A stretch of 64,000 nt of DNA, taken from positions 1 to 64,000 of the IMG/VR virus record IMGVR_UViG_2606217110_000013, one strand, 5' to 3'. Source of the DNA: an uncultured virus (IMG/VR IMGVR_UViG_2606217110_000013). Taxonomy: Duplodnaviria > Heunggongvirae > Uroviricota > Caudoviricetes. A model generated the notes under the pieces. The model ran no database searches and had not been told where the DNA came from. It was given only the letters and a program-made list of their open reading frames with translations. This document shows positions 1-12,358 of this stretch, in pieces. The translations under genes were made by a program, and so were the position numbers. Position 1 is the first letter of the stretch; every line of letters begins with the position of its first letter.

Positions 1-19
1 CACCACAAAGGGAACACTC

Positions 20-1986
<1,967 letters not shown>

Positions 1987-2614
1987 TGACCAATAGCGGA
2001 CATTAAAAATGGCGAAAAACGGCCAATAATCTTGGCGTTGACAGTGTTACGGGGGATAAAATCAGGAGTTGAATAAATACGAAAAAGGAGGCGACACCCC
2101 TCCTTCCCTCCCCACTTATACATACCTGGCTTCTTCGCTATACATGTTGTGTTTTATCTGTCTCAACCTCTCTATAGGCGTTAATGCTCACTCCTTCCAG
2201 AACGTTCTATACGGCGACTATTTCTGTTGGTGAATTGGGTGTGTTGTTCTCTCTGTCGGTGTATGTGGTTTCGTTCGTTTTGCGGTGGTTCTTCTATGGG
2301 GTGTTCTCGTCGTTTTGGTGATTGTTCTTCTCCGTGTATGGAGTAATGGCAGGTGGGCGATTCCTTTCGTTGTTGTGTTTGAGTTGTTTGTCTGGAGTGT
2401 GTGAAAGGCTTTTGCAGTTATTCGTGTATTGGGTAATGGCATTTCCCGTGATTGTTGTGTTTCGTGTCTTTTGGGATTGAGAGAAACCTTGCGGTTACAG
2501 GCTTCGTTGGGGTTTCAGTGATTCTGGTGTTCTTCGCTGTTTGGGGAATGGCGTGTCGTGGGTATCGCGCGTATGAATGTTTTCGGATTGCCTGTGAAAG
2601 TTAGGTTGGTTGTC

Positions 2615-2703
2615 CGGTAGCCTGGGGAGAAGAGGTGGGTCTTTTCGGTAGCCTGGGGAGAAGAGGTGGGTCTTTTCGGTAGCCTGCCATAAAGAGGTTG
2701 GTT
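2615..2703. repeat. 31-bp tandem repeat, two full copies plus one degenerate
   Basis: CGGTAGCCTGGGGAGAAGAGGTGGGTCTTTT at 2615 and 2646, partial at 2677. Confidence 0.9.
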
Positions 2704-3119
2704 GTTTTTGGAAATGGCATTTGTGTTATTTAGTTGTTTTGTTATGCCTGAAAATAAGTTGTTTATATGGTTGTGTAACGCAACGGGAGCGATTTTGAGC
2801 GTGTGTTTTTGTTGGTAGTGTGTTGGGTCGTCTGTGGTGAAAATTGGACGCTGTGGCGCTGTCTGCTGCGTAGAGTTACGGGTATAAGCAGTGATGTGTG
2901 AAAACGTCAATTTTTTAGACCAAATCGGGTGAAAGCGTTGATGTTTCGTTGATCTGTTATTCAGTTGTTTTCTTGATTGTATAAACAACTATAGCTTATT
3001 GATATTTAAGGATGTGATTGCGGGTATGGAAGAAGAGTAGTGGCGATCAACGGATTCTTATAGAAAAGAATCAAATTGTGACCGCCATTATCAACTGATT
3101 GATTTGTTTACTTGTGTAG

Positions 3120-3518
3120 TCAGTTCTCGAAATGAATAGGGTCAACGTAATGCCGCTCACCGCTTTTACCATTACACAGCACTGTAACTTTCGCCTTTTC
3201 ACTCCAGGCTGAGTATAGAAAGTTCCCATCAGGTTGAACATGGTAACGAGAGAAGTAAACATCGCCGACTGAGGCGTCGAACATGTTCCTATCTTTTTCA
3301 CTTTGGGCAAGCGAGATGGATATCACCGAATTCCCATTTGGGGAAACGATTTTAAATTTATTCCCTATATCCATAACAATATTGTAACCAGGTAATTGCT
3401 TGTGTGTTTCCGGATCTATTTTCATGCATCGTGGGTACACGATAGTGTTAGGCTCTTCAACTGGCGTGGCATTAGCAGAAAGCACAAAAAATATTAGTGC
3501 CAATGGTGCATATTTCAT
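3120..3518 (-). CDS. Hypothetical exported protein
   Basis: 132 aa with signal-peptide-like N-terminus MKYAPLALIFFVLSANA; GAGGG RBS. Confidence 0.75.
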   Translation of the reverse strand: MKYAPLALIFFVLSANATPVEEPNTIVYPRCMKIDPETHKQLPGYNIVMDIGNKFKIVSPNGNSVISISLAQSEKDRNMFDASVGDVYFSRYHVQPDGNFLYSAWSEKAKVTVLCNGKSGERHYVDPIHFEN

Positions 3519-3525
3519 TTATCCC

Positions 3526-3819
3526 TCACAATTTCCAATTTTCCAGACCATCGTCTATTTCAGCGTCAGGGTGGAATTGTACCGCATCAAATCCTACATC
3601 GAGCACCTTTCGAATGTTCTTGATGGTTTGCTATGTGACACCGTAATCACGCAGCTTTTCTTCCCTCCCCTGACTCCCCCATACTCCGTTTCTGTACCCA
3701 ATTGAGTCCGAGATTGTATGGTGCTCGAAACAGATATTTGGTAGACACTCAGAGTCATGCTGTGTAACGAGGGTAGGGCTACTAACTGTCGTCTTATACA
3801 ATTTGGTGAGTTTCAGCAT
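3526..3819 (-). pseudogene. Small phage protein (DUF5983-like) with in-frame TAG
   Basis: TAG at 3631-3633; frame continues QTIKNIRKVLDVGFDAVQFHPDAEIDDGLENWKL to TGA just before the next RBS. Confidence 0.65.
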
Positions 3820-4061
3820 TTTACCACCCCGTTCGGAAACAACTCATTCGCCGTAGTTGATATAACCTCCCAATTAACGCCGACATCAGCGTTATGGCAT
3901 TGTCTGATTTTTTGCATCACCTGTACGCATTGTTCATCAGTGAGATCTGTCCTTACTTCAGCAATATCTTCTTTGTGCCACATAACCATGAGTAAGGGTT
4001 CGTCTTCTGGATAGTTTTTCAGTTTCTCGATGATTTCTTTTGCTGTTCCAAACATCTTCAT
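3813..4061 (-). CDS. DUF1380-like small phage/plasmid protein
   Basis: 82 aa, FGT..EI...L..YPEDEPL..V.W..ED pattern; AGGAG RBS. Confidence 0.7.
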   Translation of the reverse strand: MKMFGTAKEIIEKLKNYPEDEPLLMVMWHKEDIAEVRTDLTDEQCVQVMQKIRQCHNADVGVNWEVISTTANELFPNGVVKC

Positions 4062-4170
4062 CTCCTAAACAATTTGTTTTCTTATATGACTTATTATCTC
4101 AATCAACAAAAGGTAGAAAACAAATTGTTTTAGAGTTTGTTAAAGTCAGAAGGGGTTGTGTCTATATGAA

Positions 4171-4195
4171 AATGCCCGGCGTGTTGCCGGGCATT
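4171..4195 (-). terminator. Intrinsic terminator downstream of metG
   Basis: AATGCCCGGC-GTGTT-GCCGGGCATT hairpin with T-run on minus strand. Confidence 0.75.
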
Positions 4196-4214
4196 GCGAA
4201 GAGAGGTTGTTTAA

Positions 4215-6248
4215 TTACTTAACCTGGTGGCCAGGTTTAGCACCAGCATCCGGGCTTAACAGGAAGATATCTTTCCCCCCGGGGCCAGCAGCCATTACCA
4301 TGCCTTCGGAGATACCAAAGCGCATTTTACGCGGTGCCAGGTTGGCCACCATAATGGTGTGACGCCCGATCAGTGCCTGCGGATCTGGGTAGGCAGAACG
4401 AATACCGGAGAAGACATTGCGTTTTTCACCACCGAGATCCAGCGTCAGGCGAAGCAGTTTGTCAGAACCTTCTACAAACTCTGCGTTTTCAATCAGCGCC
4501 ACGCGCAGGTCAACTTTGGCGAAGTCGTCAAAGGTGATAGTTTCCTGAATCGGGTCGTCAGCCAGTGGGCCAGTTACCGGTGCGGCTGTGGCTTTCACTT
4601 CTTCTTTGGATGCTTCCACCAGTGCTTCAACCTGCTTCATATCGATGCGGTTATACAGTGCCTTGAACGGATTCACTTTATGGCCCAGCAGCGGTTGCTG
4701 GATACCATCCCAGGTCAGTTCTGTATTCAGGAATGCTTCTGCACGTTCAGTCAGTTTCGGCAGTACCGGTTTCAGGTACGTCATCAGCACGCGGAACAGG
4801 TTAATGCCCATAGAGCAAATCGCCTGCAGATCGGCATCGCGTCCTTCCTGCTTTGCCACCACCCACGGAGCCTGTTCATCAACATAGCGGTTAGCCAGGT
4901 CAGCCAGTGCCATGATTTCACGGATAGCTTTGCCAAATTCGCGGCTTTCCCATGCTTCGCCAATCACTTCAGCGGCATCAGTAAAGGTTTTGTACAGTTG
5001 CGGGTCAGCCAGTTCGCTTGCCAGCACGCCGTCAAAACGCTTGTTGATAAAGCCTGCATTACGGGAGGCCAGGTTAACCACTTTGTTAACGATATCGGCA
5101 TTCACACGCTGAACGAAATCTTCCAGGTTGAGATCGATATCATCAATGCGCGAAGAGAGTTTCGCAGTGTAGTAGTAACGCAGGCTGTCGGCGTCAAAAT
5201 GATTCAGCCAGGTGCTGGCTTTAATAAAGGTGCCGCGAGACTTGGACATCTTCGCGCCGTTCACCGTCACATAGCCGTGAACAAACAGGTTGGTCGGCTT
5301 GCGGAAGTTGCTGCCTTCCAGCATGGCAGGCCAGAACAGGCTGTGGAAGTAAACGATATCTTTGCCGATGAAGTGGTACAGCTCGGCGGTGGAGTCTTTC
5401 TTCCAGTATTCGTCGAAGCTGGTAGTGTCGCCGCGTTTGTCGCACAGATTCTTGAAGGAACCCATGTAGCCAATCGGCGCGTCCAGCCAGACGTAGAAGT
5501 ATTTGCCCGGTGCGTTCGGAATTTCAAAACCGAAGTAAGGTGCGTCACGGGAGATATCCCACTGTTGCAGGCCAGATTCAAACCACTCCTGCATTTTGTT
5601 TGCCACCTGCTCCTGCAACGCACCGCTGCGGGTCCATGCCTGCAACATTTCGCTGAAAGAAGGCAGATCAAAGAAGAAGTGTTCGGAATCACGCATTACC
5701 GGTGTAGCGCCAGAAACCACTGATTTCGGCTCGATCAGTTCCGTCGGGCTGTATGTCGCGCCGCAGACTTCACAGTTATCGCCGTATTGATCCGGCGCTT
5801 TACATTTCGGGCATGTGCCTTTTACAAAACGGTCCGGCAGGAACATGCCTTTTTCCGGGTCGTACAGCTGAGAGATGGTGCGGTTTTTAATAAAACCGTT
5901 CTCTTTCAGGCGAGTATAGATAAGCTCGGACAACTGACGGTTCTCTTCGCTGTGCGTCGAGTGATAGTTGTCATAGCTGATGTTAAAGCCTGCGAAATCA
6001 GTCTGATGTTCCTGACTCATTTCGCCAATCATCTGTTCCGGTGTGATACCAAGCTGCTGTGCTTTCAGCATGATTGGCGTACCGTGGGCATCGTCGGCAC
6101 AGATGAAATTAACCTCGTGGCCGCGCATTCGCTGGTAACGAACCCAGACATCAGCCTGGATGTGCTCCAGCATATGGCCGAGGTGGATTGAGCCGTTAGC
6201 GTACGGCAGCGCGCACGTCACCAGAATTTTCTTCGCGACTTGGGTCAT
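4215..6248 (-). CDS. metG: Methionine--tRNA ligase, chromosomal Escherichia type
   Basis: 677 aa from [23 protein letters not shown] and KMSKS motifs, Zn knuckle, C-terminal tRNA-binding domain. Confidence 0.98.
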   Translation of the reverse strand: MTQVAKKILVTCALPYANGSIHLGHMLEHIQADVWVRYQRMRGHEVNFICADDAHGTPIMLKAQQLGITPEQMIGEMSQEHQTDFAGFNISYDNYHSTHSEENRQLSELIYTRLKENGFIKNRTISQLYDPEKGMFLPDRFVKGTCPKCKAPDQYGDNCEVCGATYSPTELIEPKSVVSGATPVMRDSEHFFFDLPSFSEMLQAWTRSGALQEQVANKMQEWFESGLQQWDISRDAPYFGFEIPNAPGKYFYVWLDAPIGYMGSFKNLCDKRGDTTSFDEYWKKDSTAELYHFIGKDIVYFHSLFWPAMLEGSNFRKPTNLFVHGYVTVNGAKMSKSRGTFIKASTWLNHFDADSLRYYYTAKLSSRIDDIDLNLEDFVQRVNADIVNKVVNLASRNAGFINKRFDGVLASELADPQLYKTFTDAAEVIGEAWESREFGKAIREIMALADLANRYVDEQAPWVVAKQEGRDADLQAICSMGINLFRVLMTYLKPVLPKLTERAEAFLNTELTWDGIQQPLLGHKVNPFKALYNRIDMKQVEALVEASKEEVKATAAPVTGPLADDPIQETITFDDFAKVDLRVALIENAEFVEGSDKLLRLTLDLGGEKRNVFSGIRSAYPDPQALIGRHTIMVANLAPRKMRFGISEGMVMAAGPGGKDIFLLSPDAGAKPGHQVK

Positions 6249-6405
6249 AGTAGGCATTACTTCTTTGTAGTGAAAAGGGGCTTGATAGTAACAAAATGGC
6301 CTTATGTCTGCCATGTGATAACAGCATTTCTCATAAATGATTAAATGTCGTAGCTGGAGTACACTACAAGGCGACAATTGCGCAAATTAAAATAAAGGAG
6401 ACGGG

Positions 6406-7506
6406 ATGAGCGAGTCCAAATCGCCGGATGCCCTGAGAGCAATGGTAGCCGGTACGCTGGCTAATTTTCAGCACCCAACCCTGAAACACAACCTGACTAC
6501 GCTTAAAGCGTTACACCATGTTGCGTTGATGGATGACACACTGCATGTCGAACTAATCATGCCTTTCGTGTGGAATAAGCCTTTTGAAGACCTGAAAGAG
6601 CAATGTAGTGGTGATCTGCTCCGTATCACTGGCGCAAAGGCTATTGACTGGAAGCTGTCGTACAACATTGCCACGCTTAAGCGCGTCAAAAACCAACCAG
6701 GCATTAATGGCGTTAAGAACATTATCGCCGTCAGCTCAGGCAAGGGCGGCGTGGGTAAATCCTCCACGGCGGTAAACCTGGCACTGGCGTTGGCTGCTGA
6801 AGGTGCGAAAGTTGGTATTTTGGATGCCGATATCTATGGTCCATCAATTCCAACCATGCTGGGCGCGGAAAACCAACGTCCAACCTCACCGGACGGTACT
6901 CACATGGCACCTATCATGTCTCATGGCCTGGCAACCAACTCTATTGGTTATCTGGTCACCGACGACAATGCAATGGTGTGGCGTGGACCGATGGCCAGCA
7001 AGGCGCTGATGCAGATGTTGCAGGAAACACTGTGGCCTGATCTGGACTATCTCGTTCTCGATATGCCACCGGGCACTGGTGATATTCAATTGACGCTGGC
7101 GCAGAACATTCCTGTAACTGGTGCGGTTGTGGTAACTACGCCGCAAGACATCGCGCTGATCGATGCGAAGAAAGGCATTGTGATGTTCGAAAAAGTCGAA
7201 GTGCCGGTACTGGGTATCGTTGAAAACATGAGTGTGCATATTTGCAGTAACTGCGGTCATCACGAGCCAATTTTTGGCACCGGTGGCGCACAGAAACTGG
7301 CCGAGAAATACAACACGCAGTTGTTAGGCCAAATGCCACTTCATATCTCTCTTCGTGAAGATCTGGATAACGGAACACCAACCGTTATTAGTCGTCCAGA
7401 TAGTGAATTTACGGCTATTTATCGTGACCTCGCAGATCGCGTTGCTGCCCAAATGTATTGGCAAGGTGAAGTAATACCTGGCGAAATCGCATTCCGCGCA
7501 GTGTGA
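6406..7506 (+). CDS. mrp: Fe-S cluster carrier ATPase Mrp/ApbC
   Basis: [28 protein letters not shown]; divergent from metG as on the E. coli chromosome. Confidence 0.97.
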   Translation: MSESKSPDALRAMVAGTLANFQHPTLKHNLTTLKALHHVALMDDTLHVELIMPFVWNKPFEDLKEQCSGDLLRITGAKAIDWKLSYNIATLKRVKNQPGINGVKNIIAVSSGKGGVGKSSTAVNLALALAAEGAKVGILDADIYGPSIPTMLGAENQRPTSPDGTHMAPIMSHGLATNSIGYLVTDDNAMVWRGPMASKALMQMLQETLWPDLDYLVLDMPPGTGDIQLTLAQNIPVTGAVVVTTPQDIALIDAKKGIVMFEKVEVPVLGIVENMSVHICSNCGHHEPIFGTGGAQKLAEKYNTQLLGQMPLHISLREDLDNGTPTVISRPDSEFTAIYRDLADRVAAQMYWQGEVIPGEIAFRAV

Positions 7507-7515
7507 TAAAAAGGT

Positions 7516-7642
7516 GGTGCTTTTGCCGTTACGCACCACCCCGTCAGTAGCTGAACAGGAGGGACAGCTGATAGAAACAGAAGCCACTGGAGCACCTCAA
7601 AAACACCATCATACACTAAATCAGTAAGTTGGCAGCATCACC
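7516..7642 (-). mobile_element. IS1 left-end remnant (about 127 bp)
   Basis: Minus strand reads GGTGATGCTGCCAACTTACTGAT... and the start of insA ([23 protein letters not shown]), then breaks. Confidence 0.93.
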
Positions 7643-7685
7643 GAGCGCCAGCGGCGAACATATGAGCTTCGGAAATACTAGACAT
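7643..7685 (-). pseudogene. 5' stub of a phage gene (HD-hydrolase-like start) cut by IS1
   Basis: GGAG RBS then MSSISEAHMFAAGA ending exactly at the IS1 terminus. Confidence 0.5.
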
Positions 7686-7804
7686 TCTTAACTCCGTTGT
7701 TTTCTAGTTGTGGTTATTTTCACAAATAAGAAAAGATAGAAAACAATTTATTTAAGGCCACAACTTATGGCCTTTATTTATTCATGCCGAAGGATTTGTA
7801 GCGT

Positions 7805-8185
7805 CTAATTGCCGGATAAAATGGGGTGAGGTGCTTGCCAGTAGGCTCCACCGTTCCATGTGAACCCCATGCGAATAAGAGTGTTTATTGCGGCTTTGGT
7901 AGACTCCGATTCGACACTGGCTTTACGAAACTCTTGAACCTCTTTCGCCAACTTGTATGTAATTGTGCAGGGGACGATTGCAGCCCAGCCTTTCTCATGA
8001 CTGTTAATGACCATCTGGATGTGACCATCCAGAATAGGTTGATTAGGCATGTTATTGAAAATGTCTGCCTGTTTTTGAATGTGAAGAAAAAGCCTTGCCA
8101 GCGCCATTTGCTCACTACGAGACAAGGGATTATCAAGAGGGCTTTTTGCAAAAGCTGCTATACGCTGTGCATCAATGCCAAACAT
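7805..8185 (-). CDS. Hypothetical phage protein
   Basis: 126 aa, start overlaps upstream stop. Confidence 0.7.
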   Translation of the reverse strand: MFGIDAQRIAAFAKSPLDNPLSRSEQMALARLFLHIQKQADIFNNMPNQPILDGHIQMVINSHEKGWAAIVPCTITYKLAKEVQEFRKASVESESTKAAINTLIRMGFTWNGGAYWQAPHPILSGN

Positions 8186-8889
8186 CAGCGCACCTCACCA
8201 TCTTTATGGCTGGAGTTAACTTCCGTCATTAAATGTCTGACGTAATCGACAAGAGAGCCGCCTGGTGGAATCTGGCATTCCTCAACTAACTGGAAGTAGA
8301 TATCCGCTGCATTACGTGTATTGCTACCCGCGCATATTCTTTCTTCCCGAAGTGCATGAAGCTCGTTGATCAAACGGTCACACTCTCCGTTACGCTGATC
8401 CACAACGGCCTCAAGCTCTGCGACGCGTTCACCTGGCGTCTTACCTTCTTTGCGTTGGATGGTAACGACGAAATCGCCAATTGCAGGGACGTTGTAATCC
8501 AGCTCAAGGTAGTTTTTGGCACCGCTGCGGACGAACTCACCCGCGAACATGGTGGCGAACATCGCAGAGGCCACTTCTCCGTTGAAAAGTGACTCCAGAT
8601 CTAACGGAGTCCCGGCAGCAAGAGCCTCCTTTGCTGTATCCATTGCATCCATGAACCGATCAAACTCACTAGCGCGCTTTTCCAGGTCTTTCCATTGCTC
8701 GCTCCAACGTTTGGCAACGAAGTCTATGAATGTTTTCGCGGATTCATCAAAATTCCCCTCAAACTTAACGATGCCTTTATCAATAATGATCTGGCCTACC
8801 GCATCCTCTGCATAACCTTTCAATGTAAACTTGAAAGGAAAATCGGAATGGCCTGTGACGTTAAAATGCTCTAACTGGAGGTTGCTCAT
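8185..8889 (-). CDS. Hypothetical phage protein (Ead/Ea22-like mosaic)
   Basis: 234 aa, coiled-coil segment and AADIYFQLVEECQIPPGGSLV module; AAAACACATG start. Confidence 0.7.
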   Translation of the reverse strand: MSNLQLEHFNVTGHSDFPFKFTLKGYAEDAVGQIIIDKGIVKFEGNFDESAKTFIDFVAKRWSEQWKDLEKRASEFDRFMDAMDTAKEALAAGTPLDLESLFNGEVASAMFATMFAGEFVRSGAKNYLELDYNVPAIGDFVVTIQRKEGKTPGERVAELEAVVDQRNGECDRLINELHALREERICAGSNTRNAADIYFQLVEECQIPPGGSLVDYVRHLMTEVNSSHKDGEVR

Positions 8890-8950
8890 GTGTTTTTCTC
8901 TTATCGTTTAGTAACTACATTCTTACATAAATTAAGTAAGCATTTACCTA

Positions 8951-10636
8951 TCATTTAACGCGTTTGAAAACGTATACGCTGACTGTGATCCCTGTGTCTT
9001 CAAACTCGTTGGTAAACGACTTCCCTCTGGCATAAACGTAATTATCCATCGTCATCCAGTCCAGTATTGGCGCAGTGCCCGGCAATACTGCTACAAGACG
9101 CCCGCCGACTTTCAGATGCCCCAGCGCAGCCAGCGTGTGCTCTCTATGACGACCAAGCGAGTACGGCGGGTTCATAACGATTTTGTCGAACTGATAACCT
9201 GCGTTGTCCTCAGACCACTTTATGAAGTCGCAGCAAATCGTGTTCGTATACCCTTTTCCACGCAGGATATCAGCGAAGAGAGGTGCGATTTCTATGCAGG
9301 TAACATCTTCCAGATCGGCGTCAATATAGGCCAGAAGATCCCCACGTCCGGCTTGAGGCTCCAACAGCTTCTCACCAGGCTTCAATTCAGTGGCTCTTGC
9401 AACGTACTCAGCAATCAAGCGTGGGGTAGGGTAGAACTGGTGTGATTTTGTATCCGGTATTAAACCGGTAGCCACAATCGTATTTAGCGTATGGCCGATG
9501 TCATACGGGAACTGCCAGTGCTTTTTCTCCTGCACGCCGCCAATGAAGCTCAGTGTGCGCTCAAGCTCTTCCACCTGCGACTTCTGGAGAGCTGAATCAG
9601 AGAAGTACCATACACCTTTGTCTTTGCTCAATCGCCCGTCACGAAGCGCAGTGCGAACCGGCACGGAGATCGTCTTCTGGATTAAACCGAACTGCTTTGG
9701 TGCCCGTGTTTTTGGCGCAGTTCGGCATGGCGCGGGGATTGCAGCAGGCATACTGTAAGCCAGCACCTCATTCAACTTCCAGGCCACGTCAGGATGTATT
9801 TCAAAGTGAACGTTGCCGTTCTTGAACATCTTCACGCGCATCAGATTTCCATCGACGTTCATCCAGTCACCGGTCTGGCAGTCGTTTGCCCGATACGCAG
9901 CTGATAGCACCTCAGCAGTGCGGTTGATGGTAATAAATTCTTTGTGCGCGAAGAAATGAAGCAAGACACGCAGATCGTCGATGTAGTCCTCTTTGCGATA
10001 GTTCACGCTAACGCTGTCCCGCCAGAAATCAGAAATGCAGTCAGCGATTATCAGCCGCTCGCTGAAACCATTTGTCTTATTTGTCTTGTGCACAGGACTC
10101 AGCGCCTTAAACAAGCCATACACGCGCTCAGAGAGATATTTGTGCCTGTCATTCAGCAAATTAAGCATCGTGGGTATGACCGTTTCTGCTTTGAACTCCG
10201 GTACACCAACGAACTCTTTAACCTTCATCTGGTAGCCGGTTCTGTCAGTTTTGATGACTTCCTGTTTGCCCTCTATAAACTGCTCGCGCCACTCATCTCG
10301 ACGGGAAGCTGGCATGATCAGCAAAACGTTAGTCATGTCCGTGACCTTCCTCCAGTACTCGGCCCAAATATTCTGTTTCACCCATTCCAGATCGACTTTA
10401 TCCAACCAACCTCGATTTAAACGCGAGCGATCTTCATCTGGTCGATGGTTTAGTCTCAGCAGGCGATTAATCATGTTGTGGCGTTCGTCGCCATAAACGA
10501 AGTCGTGTACCTGATACATGAAGGCGATCTCTTTCTCGCACTCGGCCACAATTTCGTGGATAACGTTCATTTCCTGACGATAATCGATAGCAGTGTTTGA
10601 GCTGGCATCGTCGATGATGGAAAGGGCTGTATTCAT
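8951..10636 (-). CDS. DUF4942-type SAM-dependent DNA methyltransferase
   Basis: 561 aa; QFYPTP, LEPQAGRG (motif I), MNPPY (motif IV); FKNGNVH upstream domain. Confidence 0.85.
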   Translation of the reverse strand: MNTALSIIDDASSNTAIDYRQEMNVIHEIVAECEKEIAFMYQVHDFVYGDERHNMINRLLRLNHRPDEDRSRLNRGWLDKVDLEWVKQNIWAEYWRKVTDMTNVLLIMPASRRDEWREQFIEGKQEVIKTDRTGYQMKVKEFVGVPEFKAETVIPTMLNLLNDRHKYLSERVYGLFKALSPVHKTNKTNGFSERLIIADCISDFWRDSVSVNYRKEDYIDDLRVLLHFFAHKEFITINRTAEVLSAAYRANDCQTGDWMNVDGNLMRVKMFKNGNVHFEIHPDVAWKLNEVLAYSMPAAIPAPCRTAPKTRAPKQFGLIQKTISVPVRTALRDGRLSKDKGVWYFSDSALQKSQVEELERTLSFIGGVQEKKHWQFPYDIGHTLNTIVATGLIPDTKSHQFYPTPRLIAEYVARATELKPGEKLLEPQAGRGDLLAYIDADLEDVTCIEIAPLFADILRGKGYTNTICCDFIKWSEDNAGYQFDKIVMNPPYSLGRHREHTLAALGHLKVGGRLVAVLPGTAPILDWMTMDNYVYARGKSFTNEFEDTGITVSVYVFKRVK

Positions 10637-10777
10637 AATTACACCATTAAATAATTTGTTTTCTGATTGGTGTAATTATCGCAAACTTGAAAAGGCATAA
10701 AAGCTGCATTCATAGGCGTTACAGCAGATTTAAGGCGTAAAAATGGGGGCTGTCGCCCCCTGTCGACTGGTGCTGTA

Positions 10778-11344
10778 TTAGAGTGCGTATTGCGTTTTGT
10801 GCGGCTGCTTATTCAAGTCATGGCGATGCGTGAGCTCCCGCATCATGTCTTCAAGGCGACTCTTTGTGTCGTCGAGCTGGTCGGCCATTGCACCTAAAAG
10901 CTGGCGAACGGCCATCGGATCGTCGCTGTTTAGTGATGGCATTTTAGAACCTGCTTTAGAAGACATAAGGTTGATTGCAGACATCAACATCGTTAGAGAG
11001 GATTTAAGCCCGGCAATTTCACGATCTTTGCTGGCAATAATCGTCTCACTTTTGTTACCGTCATCAGTTTCTTGAGTCTCGCTCACCATATCCAAAGTCG
11101 CTTGCAACTTATCAGCTCTCTCTTTTTCAGCAAGGTAATGAACACCGAAATGGTGTGCCAAAGCTACAATCTGAGTTGGCTCTTCAAAGGTGGAATTAAA
11201 ATTAAGTATTGTAAACAGTCTCTCAAATATGGAAACGTCTTCTATTCCTCGAAGAATGGCTAACATTTTGACCAGTTCATTAGCATCCATTTCTTCGAAT
11301 AAGGCGTTTTGTTCATCAGCTATTGCTTTGCATTTCTCGCACAT
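10778..11344 (-). CDS. Hypothetical coiled-coil protein
   Basis: 188 aa, GGAAAACACATG start, downstream hairpin. Confidence 0.7.
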   Translation of the reverse strand: MCEKCKAIADEQNALFEEMDANELVKMLAILRGIEDVSIFERLFTILNFNSTFEEPTQIVALAHHFGVHYLAEKERADKLQATLDMVSETQETDDGNKSETIIASKDREIAGLKSSLTMLMSAINLMSSKAGSKMPSLNSDDPMAVRQLLGAMADQLDDTKSRLEDMMRELTHRHDLNKQPHKTQYAL

Positions 11345-11483
11345 GTGTTTTCCTTAATGCTTAAACAAGTTGTTTTCTTATTGGTTTTATTGTGATGTGG
11401 CATAAAAGGGGAGCAAGCTAAACGTAAAGGTGCAAACTCTCTATTTCGGTCAACGAAACACAAGGGCCATTTGGCCCTTGTCA

Positions 11484-11642
11484 TTAACACTTTGCTTTAC
11501 GAACTAACGGATAAGCGAAGTAGATCGCCAAACCAATGAGGACGCCATCAGAAATGACAGACATCATCTTTCCCGTAAAATCCACCAACACCGCCATCAC
11601 CAGAAGAGCAATGACGATCACAAGCCGGAATCTCTCAAGCAT
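11484..11642 (-). CDS. Small membrane protein
   Basis: 52 aa MLERFRLVIVIALLVMAVLVDF..., two hydrophobic helices, coupled to terB-like stop. Confidence 0.6.
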   Translation of the reverse strand: MLERFRLVIVIALLVMAVLVDFTGKMMSVISDGVLIGLAIYFAYPLVRKAKC

Positions 11643-12067
11643 TAGAGATAAGCATCCAGTGACAACTGAAGCGCCTGGGCGATCTTTTTCAGTGCCTGCT
11701 CTTCTTGTTCACCAATGCCGTCCTGATCGGCAATATCAAGGCACAGACACAGAACATCGACCGCCTCTGGAGTACCCGCAATATCAGACAGCTCACGAAT
11801 AGCCTGTGCATTAGCAGAACGAGGGGACGCTTCGTAACGAGCACGGATATTGGCGCTCATTTGGGCAATTTCACCAGCAAACGGAGAAAACGCAGGCAGA
11901 GCTGCAATTGTCTTCTCAAGAATGGCAATTTCTTTTGCGTCACATGTGCCGTCGGCATAGGAGATCATGTACGCGCCCCACACGGTGGCCTCAACCGCAT
12001 CACGGTTCTCCATTTTTTTGACTTCGATAACTGCTTTACGAGTTTTCTTTTTGAAGAAACCTAACAT
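11642..12067 (-). CDS. TerB-family protein
   Basis: ISYADGTCDAKE and IADQDGIGEQEEQALKKIAQAL repeats typical of the TerB fold. Confidence 0.85.
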   Translation of the reverse strand: MLGFFKKKTRKAVIEVKKMENRDAVEATVWGAYMISYADGTCDAKEIAILEKTIAALPAFSPFAGEIAQMSANIRARYEASPRSANAQAIRELSDIAGTPEAVDVLCLCLDIADQDGIGEQEEQALKKIAQALQLSLDAYL

Positions 12068-12160
12068 GTGTTTTCCTTTTGTTATTTGTCAAAACAAGTT
12101 GTTTTCTAGTTAAATAAATTGCTTACGCAAAGACGGTCAATGCATATGTACTAACAACCG

Positions 12161-12349
12161 TCAGAAATAACCAAGTACCGAACCGACTGGAAAAATAAAA
12201 ATCCCAACTACACGAGCCAAGGTCATGCCAGCCTGAAACTGGAGATCGCCAGAGCAAACAAGTTTTATAATGTTCGATACCCAACCGGCGGCCATGAGGG
12301 CAAGAATTGCCAGCCAAATTTTTCCAAAGTGATTTGAAAACCAGTTCAT
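12161..12349 (-). CDS. Small membrane protein
   Basis: 62 aa; GWVSNIIKL...ARVVGIFIFPVGSVLGYF pattern common in phages. Confidence 0.7.
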   Translation of the reverse strand: MNWFSNHFGKIWLAILALMAAGWVSNIIKLVCSGDLQFQAGMTLARVVGIFIFPVGSVLGYF

Positions 12350-12358
12350 ACAACCGCC

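Noticed and set aside
2615..2703. Mini CRISPR array
   Set aside because: The 31-bp units are head-to-tail with no spacers.
2218..2988. ORFs 2218-2442 and 2515-2988 as real genes
   Set aside because: Thr/His/Asn/Gln-rich translations expected from the C/A-biased strand; no RBS or family motif.
4359..5723. 454-aa plus-strand ORF and similar antisense ORFs elsewhere
   Set aside because: Shadow frames of metG and other well-supported genes.
7324..7587. Functional InsA
   Set aside because: Only about 24 IS1 codons, then the frame runs antisense into mrp.
11642..12067. Tellurite-resistance operon
   Set aside because: Lone TerB-fold gene with no other ter genes.
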